Positions 18,101 to 26,196 of a stretch of 40,000 nucleotides of DNA are shown one piece after another. Every line of letters begins with the position of its first letter. The first letter of the stretch is position 1. This DNA comes from Idiomarina sp. (GTDB lineage Bacteria > Pseudomonadota > Gammaproteobacteria > Enterobacterales > Alteromonadaceae), in the NCBI RefSeq assembly GCF_048265525.1, contig NZ_JBLXBI010000002.1, positions 310,903 to 350,902 on the forward strand, given 5' to 3'. Both the position numbers and the translations under genes were made by a program. The notes under the pieces were generated by a model. That model ran no database searches and was not told where the DNA came from. It saw only the letters and a program-made list of their open reading frames with translations.

Positions 18101-19516
18101 GAGAGTCGTATAAGCTTGAGGCCTCCATAATTGGTAGTTCCCTTGAGATAATTGCTTCTCTCTATCAGCCATATAATCACGAGGTTCACTCCAGGAAGCG
18201 GACGTTGAAATTGATGATAATGTTCCAGTACTAGCATCAAAGTTAACCACTACGTATATACTACAATTTGAAAACTTCGGAATTTCAGTACTCACTCTAT
18301 GTGAATTAAAAGTCGTTCCTTTCTCCAAAGAGCGAGCTCTTTCCGGAAGAAAGTCACGCTCTTTTTTCAAAGAAACGTGAGCTTTAAAAGCATTACTTTG
18401 TGGGTTCAATGATGCTAGCGTTGAACAACTTTGAACGTTCTCATCTTCTAGGGTCCGTCTCATACCCTTAGTAATAAACGCTATCCGGCTTAGGTGATCT
18501 GTATTTTTTGATTTCAAATGACAATGGTCGCATCCAACTTTTTCTTTATGCTCTTCTTTAAGCCAAGGTTCATATGCTAACCAATCACACATAGAACAAG
18601 ATGCTTCTATATGCCAATCTAGGCTTCTCCAATCCAACGTACCGATCACTCTTGGGATATCTTTCAATAAAAATTTTCTTAATGTGATAAGGAACTGGTC
18701 GAAAGGAATAGGAGCTAGCTCGTTGTTAATAAGTTCAAGCTTTTCAGTTTCTTGAGCTTCAAGAATGAAATCCTGATTGTAACTTGCTTGATTAGTAACA
18801 CTTCCTTTAACCCAGAGTGCACACTGGTCAGTCACCACATACTGTTTGTGTAAGTTATGAAAGTGAATCCAATTAGAAATCACCAGGGTATAAAGAACTA
18901 CTTCAGCAGCATAGCTAGGATTGCCATGTTCCGAGTTTTTAACATCTATAACTGAAAGCCTAATTCGCTCATCATCGCTATCAATTGGCTTCGTGGTACC
19001 GTCGACAAGAACCTCGCTCTGAAAGGGGTTTCCACTTTTGTTTATGACTTCTTCGCTACTTAAAACTCTTAGGATATCGGGCCGAAAATCAGCTAAAGTA
19101 GGTAAGGTTTTAAATGCGTTATCCTCAGCTTTATAACCTATGTTTACGTAGAAAAATTGATCTAGCTGGTCTGTTTTTATCGGGGTTTCAATTAAGAACG
19201 AACCTACGTCCAAGTTTCTTTCCTTCAGCCAATCGACCAACTTTTCGTTTGAAGGTTCATGACTACTAGATTTTAATAATCCATCTAACCTATAAGTTTT
19301 ATCGGGAAACATATTAGATAAAAGGTCGTACTTGGCTTTTTCTAATTTTATACCTTCGGCCATTGTTTGAGCTATTTGAGGCCTTGCCTTTATCGGTTCT
19401 GGTACAGCATCTCCGTTCGGGAAAACTTTATCACTTCGATATAGAGAAAATAATAAAAATTTATCGCACTGTGTTCTAAAATACTGAGAAACTGTCTTTT
19501 TTTCCAGTCTTGCCAT
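15176..19516 (-). CDS. Large PD-(D/E)xK nuclease + Cys-cluster + SF1B (Upf1/DNA2-like) helicase; Nhi-like
   Basis: 1446 aa. The N-terminal region has RPDILRV ... LSVIDVKNS (PD...DxK) and CSMCDW...GCDHCH. The C-terminal helicase motifs are GPPGTGKT, AIDECSQ, TNFRSNQ, VTPHKAQ, VERFQGGE and NVAISRA. An AAGGA motif lies upstream of the ATG at 19516. Confidence 0.85.
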   Translation of the reverse strand: MARLEKKTVSQYFRTQCDKFLLFSLYRSDKVFPNGDAVPEPIKARPQIAQTMAEGIKLEKAKYDLLSNMFPDKTYRLDGLLKSSSHEPSNEKLVDWLKERNLDVGSFLIETPIKTDQLDQFFYVNIGYKAEDNAFKTLPTLADFRPDILRVLSSEEVINKSGNPFQSEVLVDGTTKPIDSDDERIRLSVIDVKNSEHGNPSYAAEVVLYTLVISNWIHFHNLHKQYVVTDQCALWVKGSVTNQASYNQDFILEAQETEKLELINNELAPIPFDQFLITLRKFLLKDIPRVIGTLDWRSLDWHIEASCSMCDWLAYEPWLKEEHKEKVGCDHCHLKSKNTDHLSRIAFITKGMRRTLEDENVQSCSTLASLNPQSNAFKAHVSLKKERDFLPERARSLEKGTTFNSHRVSTEIPKFSNCSIYVVVNFDASTGTLSSISTSASWSEPRDYMADREKQLSQGNYQLWRPQAYTTLENTAEEEFQALKGFLIKLKSIFEYTNNRDKYNDPSKVKNSTTHLYFWEPRQYEFLTKVIGRHLWRILEDKSFKGLSWLFPPEELNKHPELTSVPVISFVKECLQKMAALPVPYSYTILNVAKSILPENEQKFFQVSDYYCDPFSDAIPKERIYEIWNKNDSPHYKEVYDKLNRTMCTLVSGVEKITKQLRANLRQQLKVKAAPIKLRDAKSYNKMAQDSKLWMAFSEVCASIENIDNKKSYFSSADELEASYKSIHVLNEVEDPKFVQEKFESWGLRRSREKLYKISEDSKNSKIKEGDAFLTIVPDQSPGFPEDKFGKIFDGNIPENLSIDHSIYPNMRVGSFLRIKLVKFDRVDGYIAIQYTSMKAEDIAFSIQNLADIDLSKNFSLLGTSTDTLTPKLKKCLADIGNPPIAFPDQKALLAQGITKEKNPGRSVVTPAANFLWIADKLSEITVRNNIDQVKDSLRDMEARHGAFPLEENQREAIINSLTRKLSVVWGPPGTGKTDVAKYIISLEAELSAIEKDSSRMLITGPTYRACEVLVARLLPIFNSLGESLNIEVNLLASDRAGGIWKSIFEKRNDYENINIRVFGGQRCLSDGEELGELAASLKGREKGKITVTVATPQSVHKLKSELEESSNVELFDYIAIDECSQVDVANAILVLTSLSSNARLNVFGDHLQMPPIHAACPPKGAEYLVGSFQEYLIKRFNIRTQTLNTNFRSNQDIVNFGHYIGYKDTLQAKQKLKRIVVNPQADCSSDESFYLSALDPEKRVAAVTYPDGKSSQANEFEAAIVAEYVYYAWRNVSAEPSIDEKSSFSNLSKEVFWKKVIGIVTPHKAQKSLIFRKLLGFFPDHDPTLIVEAIDTVERFQGGERHIILVAFGVGDPSIIEAEEEFLLQLNRTNVAISRAECKAVLFISEELVHHLPDDLDVVITSRAIKNYVYQYCNATTHYQVNAADMTRDVTLHWRSNSISS

Positions 19517-20053
19517 TACTAAATTCCTTTCAATATCACTGCGAGGAGCTATCAGCTTTTTTTGCCCATAGAGGGCAATTTACACTTTATAAATGAGTTG
19601 ATAGAAACACTTTTAGCTCATCTTATTATGCTTATTATATTAATATACCGATATATACACACTATGACTACAGTTTAGGGAAGCGATTTCGTCTTTAGTT
19701 GAATGGGCAGTGATTTGCTAGAAACCTCATAACTTGTCCTCTGAAATTTCAGTAAGTAAGCGCGCTAATAAAGTGTTAATGAAGTAATGAGTTGTAAAGT
19801 CACTTCTGTTAGGCTGGCGATGCTTCAGATTCCACTTCATTCTGTAGAAACAATTTACTAGAAGCCAAGGCGGGCAAGTGCTTTAAGAGTTTCAGTAAAG
19901 CTGTAGTGATCTAAACCCTTCAAAGTTTTGTCAACCAAAAACTAGTTAGATAGAGAGCGTGCCAAATACTTTTTGCTATTTAAGCCTTAACATAAGCCTG
20001 TATTCTGTGTAGTTTTAAGTTACAAATTAAGTTAAGCAAACGGACTTATAGCA

Positions 20054-23000
20054 ATGAAATTACTGCGTGAGAAGTACTGGAAGTTAACTCCTTCGATGGA
20101 ACTGCTCTCAGATAAACTAGTTCTTACACAAGCATGGAAAAAATCTCACGCCTATATTCGTGCTCGCAATTGGTATGCCGACACCTTAGCTCTAGATGTT
20201 TCAGCGTTGACCATAGAGGAGTCTGTTGAAAAGTGGAGCAGAGACCTAGGTCCGGGTCTTAATACTCACAAAGTAGAGTTGATACTCGCAGGCAAAAGTG
20301 AATCGTGGGGGTTTGATGGAGATGAGGGATGGCAGCCAACTGGACTAATTAAACGAGCGCACGAGTCATCATCTAACTCAAAAATAAAGGCTCGTGAGGA
20401 TCGTCCGCCGTTGAGGCCTCTTTCCCACTTATCTGTAAGAGATCAAACATATGCCACTGCAGTTATGTTATGTGCTGCTGATTTTGTGGAGAGTAGACAA
20501 GGGGAGTGTACAGAAAATCCATTTGTAGACCGACAGAACCAAGTTTACAGTTATGGCAACCGCCTCCTATGTGATTGGCGTACTCCTCACGATGCCTGGT
20601 TTAGGTGGGGGAACTCTGAAACTTATCGAAAATTTTTTGTTGACTACCAGAGCTTTCTAAGTCGATCTAGTATAATTGGTCAGCATGTCCAGAAAAGTGC
20701 TTCCGGTGGGCGAGAAGTATATGTAGTAAGCTTGGATTTAGAGTCCTTCTTTAACTCTATTGATTTGGAGCATTTAAATAACCTTCTTCAGGAGGTGTCA
20801 TGTGGTGAAGCACAAGGTATTGATAGTGATTTCTGGTCTACAACAAAGAGAATTTTGACTTGGAAGTGGAATGATAAAGAGGTTAGAAAAGCTGAGAGTT
20901 TAGGGCTAAAAAATGTTACAAAGGGACTACCGCAAGGCTTGGTTGCGGCTGGCTTTTTTGCAAATGTTTATATGCTCAATTTTGATGAAGCTATATCTTC
21001 TAAGCTAAATCAAAGTGTAGGAAAAGAGAAATCTATTTGGCTACATGACTATTGCCGTTATGTTGACGACTTGAGGCTTGTTATCAGTTCGGACATTAGT
21101 GATACAGAGCAGTTAAAAGATATTATCGATGATTTTGTCAGTCGCCTATTAAAAAATACTTGTAATGCAACATTAAAAATTAATAAAGATAAGACAAAAA
21201 TAAACTCTGTTACTGATTTAGCGAACGCTAGCAGTATATCTAACCGATTAAAGGCAGTTCAGCAAGACCTCAGCGGCCCTAATGATAGAGAGAGCCTTGA
21301 AACAACATTAGGTATTCTAGAAAACTTTTTAACAACACCGACTGTAAAAAGCGAAAAAAGCCATGTTTTATCTGACGAACATGAGCAGCGTTTACTCTCA
21401 TTGACTCAATACGATCATGACGTTAGAGCAGACACCTTAAAAAGGTTTGCTGCAAATCGTCTTGAGTCAGTTGTTCGAAAAAAACGACGGATATCCTCAT
21501 CAAGTGATAGTGACACTAACGCTCAGTTATTGTCGGAAGCTGAAAATGAGTTGCTGGCTAAAAAGCTTATCCATGCTTGGACAACGGATCCTTCACTAGC
21601 GCTTTTGCTCAGGAAGGCAATGGAAATATATCCGGACGCAGAATTGTTCGAGCCAATACTGCAAGTGATATTCCAGCGAAGTTCATTTGGTAAAAATCCA
21701 CTTATGAGAGCGCGAAAAAACAAAAATGAATCAATTAACCAGTATGTAATGGATTTTTTGCTAGCCGACATGTTCCGCTGCGGAGTTGATTTTGTTTACT
21801 ATTTTGACAAAATGGATTTCCCCTCCAGTTTAGAGCCTAAGTCGTTACTAGAGCTTTTAGCGAGGTTTGCTGTAAAGACAGTTAACAGTAGGCTTAGGAA
21901 TGTTTCCTTTGTTAACCGGCAAGCATTAATGCTTTTGGCTTCTGTGAATCGACCGACTTTAGCTAGTAACATTAAAAGAAATATCGGCACTCGCGAATCC
22001 TCGGTTGAAGGGCTTCAAGAGCTCACTCTACAAAAAGAACTTCTTCGAATTTTATCTGGCTTAGACATAAAGTACCATCGCCAAACCTCAGTTTTATTTG
22101 AGATTGCTAGCCAAATCACAGGGCATTACGATAGTTATTCAAGACGATTTTTAGAAACCGCAACATCTCATGAAAACGAAGGTAGTTTTCACATTAAGCT
22201 TCTACCATTCGCAAAGAGAGGGGGCTTATTTTGGGATAATATTTGGGCTGATTTGGAAAAAAATCGGAATGATTACGGTGAAGCTTTAGAAAACCTAAAG
22301 TGGGCTAGGCCGTGTGGCTCTCAAATACTTTTAGGTAAGAAGCAATCACTTTTTAATCTTATTACGTCGGAAAGTCATGCTTTCGAATACGAGCAGTCGC
22401 TTATAAAGCTTGCAAAAGCACTATTTGAAAGATTTTGTGATGAAGACGATTTTAACCCCCCTCCTTTGTCAGATATTATTGTAGCTCTAGATGACAACTC
22501 CAACAATTGGAACACCCTTTACCGCCCCTCAAGTGACTTATATATAGAGCAGAGTAGAAAAAAGCTTAAAAGATCCGTAGATCCCCGCTATGCCATACCA
22601 GAATGGATAGATGATACTACAGAGAAGCGGCTAGTATATTGGATTGGAATGGTATTAAGAGCGGCTGCCCTTGGCTCACCAGATTATACTGGTAACCTTT
22701 GGAATAATAGCAAAATAGCTGCATACCGGGGAGTTAAAGCCACATGGTTTAAACGGCGTATGGCCATGATGCACTCACCTGAATCGATTATTGGTGAAGA
22801 TGCAACTATTTCTGATTGGTTCTCAGAGTTCTTAATGAAGTGTCTCCAGTGGCCTGGTTTCGAGGTAAATAAAATCCAGCATTCAGATATCGCCAGTGCA
22901 AATAATATATCGGATGTTATTTCTGTTATTAAAAATCGGATTAAGAAACTAGACTCATTGTATTGTGAGATCTCTGATACACCTGGTTTACCGACTAGAA

Positions 23001-23899
23001 TAGGTCCAAACCTAGATCTGAAGAACTTTAGAATAGTCACAGTTCAACCGTTACTTCCTAAGCCGGAGTGGTTTATAAACGACATGAAGCTTGACCGCTC
23101 GGAAGTTAAACCCTTACACCGTGAGCATATTGCATCCGTCTGCAGCTTAGTTTTAAAAACGCTAGAAGCAAAATCGTTGGCGACAGGAACTAAAGATGAA
23201 CGCTTTGCAAACATTATAGTTTTTCCTGAGACTTCCGTTCATATTGATGACCAAGACTTAATAAGAAGTTTGGCAGACAAAACTAAGTCTATAATATTTG
23301 CAGGAATGGTGTTCACTGAGAAAGATAGCAAATTAGTAAATTTTGCTAGATGGTTCATTCCTAATTACCGAGGGACCGAACGTACCTGGATGCTCCGTGA
23401 CCAAGGAAAACAGAATCTTATACCATTTGAAGTCTCGAATGGAGTAAACCCTTACAGACCATGTCAGCATTTTCTCGAAATGTTTGATCAAAACAATGAG
23501 TCGCGTTTGATTACCGGTGCGATTTGCTATGATGCCACGGACATAAAGCTCTCAGCAGACCTGAGAGATAAGTCTGACCTGTTCATTATTTCTGCTTATA
23601 ACCAAGATGTGGCGACTTTTGATAATATGGCTAAAGCTCTACATTGGCATATGTATCAGCATGTGGTTATTGCTAATACAGGTATTTATGGTGGCTCCAC
23701 CATTCAAGCTCCATACAAGCAGTCCTACGATAAAATAATCGCACATGTTCACGGAGCAGGCCAAATTGCTATAAATATGGCGGATATTGACCTTGGTGCA
23801 TTTACTAGAAGTTATACAAAGTATAAAGAAATTAAGTCACAGCCTGCAGGTTTCGAACGTGATCAACGTCAATCAAGCTTTAGCCTTAAAAAGAGGTAA
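20054..23899 (+). CDS. Reverse transcriptase fused to C-terminal nitrilase (C-N hydrolase) domain; DRT type 1 / UG1-like
   Basis: 1281 aa. The RT motifs are YVVSLDLESFFNSI (A), GLPQGLVAAGFFAN (B) and YCRYVDDLRLV (C, YVDD). The C-terminal nitrilase-type Glu-Lys-Cys context is IIVFPETSVH ... ITGAICYDATD. Confidence 0.85.
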   Translation: MKLLREKYWKLTPSMELLSDKLVLTQAWKKSHAYIRARNWYADTLALDVSALTIEESVEKWSRDLGPGLNTHKVELILAGKSESWGFDGDEGWQPTGLIKRAHESSSNSKIKAREDRPPLRPLSHLSVRDQTYATAVMLCAADFVESRQGECTENPFVDRQNQVYSYGNRLLCDWRTPHDAWFRWGNSETYRKFFVDYQSFLSRSSIIGQHVQKSASGGREVYVVSLDLESFFNSIDLEHLNNLLQEVSCGEAQGIDSDFWSTTKRILTWKWNDKEVRKAESLGLKNVTKGLPQGLVAAGFFANVYMLNFDEAISSKLNQSVGKEKSIWLHDYCRYVDDLRLVISSDISDTEQLKDIIDDFVSRLLKNTCNATLKINKDKTKINSVTDLANASSISNRLKAVQQDLSGPNDRESLETTLGILENFLTTPTVKSEKSHVLSDEHEQRLLSLTQYDHDVRADTLKRFAANRLESVVRKKRRISSSSDSDTNAQLLSEAENELLAKKLIHAWTTDPSLALLLRKAMEIYPDAELFEPILQVIFQRSSFGKNPLMRARKNKNESINQYVMDFLLADMFRCGVDFVYYFDKMDFPSSLEPKSLLELLARFAVKTVNSRLRNVSFVNRQALMLLASVNRPTLASNIKRNIGTRESSVEGLQELTLQKELLRILSGLDIKYHRQTSVLFEIASQITGHYDSYSRRFLETATSHENEGSFHIKLLPFAKRGGLFWDNIWADLEKNRNDYGEALENLKWARPCGSQILLGKKQSLFNLITSESHAFEYEQSLIKLAKALFERFCDEDDFNPPPLSDIIVALDDNSNNWNTLYRPSSDLYIEQSRKKLKRSVDPRYAIPEWIDDTTEKRLVYWIGMVLRAAALGSPDYTGNLWNNSKIAAYRGVKATWFKRRMAMMHSPESIIGEDATISDWFSEFLMKCLQWPGFEVNKIQHSDIASANNISDVISVIKNRIKKLDSLYCEISDTPGLPTRIGPNLDLKNFRIVTVQPLLPKPEWFINDMKLDRSEVKPLHREHIASVCSLVLKTLEAKSLATGTKDERFANIIVFPETSVHIDDQDLIRSLADKTKSIIFAGMVFTEKDSKLVNFARWFIPNYRGTERTWMLRDQGKQNLIPFEVSNGVNPYRPCQHFLEMFDQNNESRLITGAICYDATDIKLSADLRDKSDLFIISAYNQDVATFDNMAKALHWHMYQHVVIANTGIYGGSTIQAPYKQSYDKIIAHVHGAGQIAINMADIDLGAFTRSYTKYKEIKSQPAGFERDQRQSSFSLKKR

Positions 23900-23984
23900 C
23901 GGGCAATGAGCGGAATATTTCTTACTTACCTGAATTGGGTTCGTTAAATGATGACAGGGTATTTTCTGAAAGCAGGAGCGTTAA

Positions 23985-25580
23985 GTGTTAAAGAATGACT
24001 TCTATTCAGCTGCTGTAATAAGGTTGGTAACTTTACAAAAGAGAAGAGGCCAGGCGGGTCAGTTACTTTTTGCAACTATATCACTGCTTCCAAGGGGTAG
24101 GCCAATACCGTATCCAATGAGTGGGATAGATAGATGCTCTGTCGGAAAAACCGGTGAAACTGTTTTTTTCCGCCGCACCCTTATGAACGTTCAAGAAGCA
24201 ATAGACTGGTATCGAGGACTTGGCTCCGGTGATGAGAAGTCTCCTATTCCTTCCAAGCAGGAAGAGCGCAGTGATAAGTACGATGGAATTAAAATTGAAG
24301 TATCGGAGCTGTCAGATGACCCTGCGTGGCCTCATTTAGGGCTACCGATTGAGAAGGGGCTATTGACTCATTTTTCTGAGCGAAGCCACCCGGCCCCTTT
24401 TATCGGCAATCACTCTGCGCGGATTCACCGACGTTTCGGTAATCCTAACGGTTTTGATTCATTGCTAGCTGATGATAAGGCTGTTGCCTTTATTTCTAGG
24501 CGTATTCACCTCAATGTTCGACTTTACAGGGAGTACCTCGGGAGTGCGGCTTTGGTAGCCCCTGATCCTGTTCTTCAGCAAATTGACTGCTTTATGATCC
24601 CTGCTTCGGGGGAAAGAGGTGAACGTATTTTTTACCGGTTTGTTCCCCGTGCTGGTGAATCCGTTGAAGGTTTGAAAGTAACTACTTTCGATGAACAGGG
24701 ACATTTACTAACAGACTTCAAAACACATAATATTACAGAGAGTGGCATTTTAGATATTGATAAAGGCTATTGCATTGGCTCATACGGCTATGTGGTGTCT
24801 CATCAAGAGCATGGGATTCTGGCATATAGCCCCCCCTCTCGGTTTATGCGCCAGATGAATTTTTCGATGCACGCAAGTACTCGAGAAGTTAGAAAAATTA
24901 GTGTTCCAATTAATGAGTCGGATAATGCTCCTCGAATTGAATACTCAGCAGCCCCATCTAAAACGCCTATTTCCCAGAGTATAATAGGAAAAACGCCAAA
25001 CATACCGAACAACAGTGGCCGTGTCACCGCTGCAGAAGCATATCGAGATAGTCTTGCAAGAGCAGAGTACTACGGTCAGCGCTGGTTTTCTGATGGCTCT
25101 CGCGAGGAAGCTATGCGTTTTATTCAAAGTGAATTACGACAGGCTAAATCAAGGGTCATCATCGCAGATCCTTACCTTGCAGGTTTGCAATTAGGCCAGT
25201 TTTTATATGCTGTTAACCCGGAAACGACGGGAGTGACCCTATTAACCTCTAATCTTGCGTTTAAGTCTAGAAAAGAAGAACTTTCAAAAATTGATAATTT
25301 CGACGAGAAGCTCGCAGAATTAGAGAAATTTGGAAAAATCACAGCAAATGTACATGTACTTCTGTCACCTATTTTGCATGATCGTTTTATGGTCATTGAC
25401 GATTCGGTATGGTTTCTTGGGAATTCATTGAATACCTTGGGGGATAAAGCCTCTCTCATCGTAAAGTTACCCAACCCAAATGAGGTTATTGAAAAGCTCA
25501 AAGGTATGCTAAAACAAGCCGCTTCATTTAAAGATTATAAAAGCGCTCAGCTTAAGACTAAAAGACGCAACGATGATTAG
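23985..25580 (+). CDS. Unknown N-terminal domain (~360 aa) + C-terminal PLD-like domain with HxR variant motif
   Basis: GTG 23985 is preceded by AGGAG 6 nt upstream. The C-terminus has RVIIADPYL ... VTLLTS ... LHDRFMVIDDSVWFLGNSLN (His codon at 25377). Its stop overlaps the next ATG by 8 bp. Confidence 0.65.
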   Translation: MLKNDFYSAAVIRLVTLQKRRGQAGQLLFATISLLPRGRPIPYPMSGIDRCSVGKTGETVFFRRTLMNVQEAIDWYRGLGSGDEKSPIPSKQEERSDKYDGIKIEVSELSDDPAWPHLGLPIEKGLLTHFSERSHPAPFIGNHSARIHRRFGNPNGFDSLLADDKAVAFISRRIHLNVRLYREYLGSAALVAPDPVLQQIDCFMIPASGERGERIFYRFVPRAGESVEGLKVTTFDEQGHLLTDFKTHNITESGILDIDKGYCIGSYGYVVSHQEHGILAYSPPSRFMRQMNFSMHASTREVRKISVPINESDNAPRIEYSAAPSKTPISQSIIGKTPNIPNNSGRVTAAEAYRDSLARAEYYGQRWFSDGSREEAMRFIQSELRQAKSRVIIADPYLAGLQLGQFLYAVNPETTGVTLLTSNLAFKSRKEELSKIDNFDEKLAELEKFGKITANVHVLLSPILHDRFMVIDDSVWFLGNSLNTLGDKASLIVKLPNPNEVIEKLKGMLKQAASFKDYKSAQLKTKRRNDD

Positions 25581-26196
25581 TAAACTTTCCTCTCGAGTTT
25601 CGCTTGCGCCAGAGGCAGAGCGACCATTTCCAAACAAAGAAATTCTTTGGGGGTCACAAGAAGGAGGACAGTCACTCTTTCCTACAACCGCCGCTGCTTA
25701 TGAGCGAAAGTATTCTAGTGACGCTGTACCACTTGAAAAATTTTGCCACGCAGTGGCAAATGCCCAAGAGCGAGTGTGGATGGTTGATGAATACTTACTG
25801 ATGCCTGATAGAGGGAATCCAGTAGAACGAATTGATAAAATCCTAGAGTGGCTACCTTTATGGCTTGATGCGAGTGACATTAGGCTACTGACGAAGCCTC
25901 ATCAGGAAATTAGTAAAGATGATCTGAGAAGGTTTTACAATCATGCTATGGCTATAAACAGTCATGATGTAAGGCGCACTAAAGAATGCCGCATTGAAGT
26001 TAGGATGCACCTTACTAAGGATTGTGACTTTGTCCATGATCGCTTTGCTATTATTGATGACGAGCTTTGGCATTTTGGTGGAACTGTCGGTGGGTTTCAT
26101 TCTAAGGTTAGCGCTACTAGTCGCGGATGGAGAGCAGAAGATCACGGTGCCATCAGGTTTTTTGAGGAAATTTGGGATGCTGGTGTTAGAAAATGA
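25573..26196 (+). CDS. Stand-alone PLD-like domain protein (HxR variant), paralogous to the C-terminus of the preceding ORF
   Basis: 207 aa with RVWMVDEYLL ... IRLLTK ... VHDRFAIIDDELWHFGGTVGG (His codon at 26035). There are ATGATTAG and ATGA overlaps with the neighbouring ORFs. Confidence 0.65.
   Translation: MISKLSSRVSLAPEAERPFPNKEILWGSQEGGQSLFPTTAAAYERKYSSDAVPLEKFCHAVANAQERVWMVDEYLLMPDRGNPVERIDKILEWLPLWLDASDIRLLTKPHQEISKDDLRRFYNHAMAINSHDVRRTKECRIEVRMHLTKDCDFVHDRFAIIDDELWHFGGTVGGFHSKVSATSRGWRAEDHGAIRFFEEIWDAGVRK

Noticed and set aside
19546-19577. Small hairpins with adjacent T/A runs near the nuclease-helicase start (AGCT-ATC-AGCT+T7; TGCCC-ATAGA-GGGCA)
   Set aside because: The stems are only 4-5 bp. 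Their orientation is wrong for terminating any neighbouring gene. More likely they are part of promoter or leader DNA.
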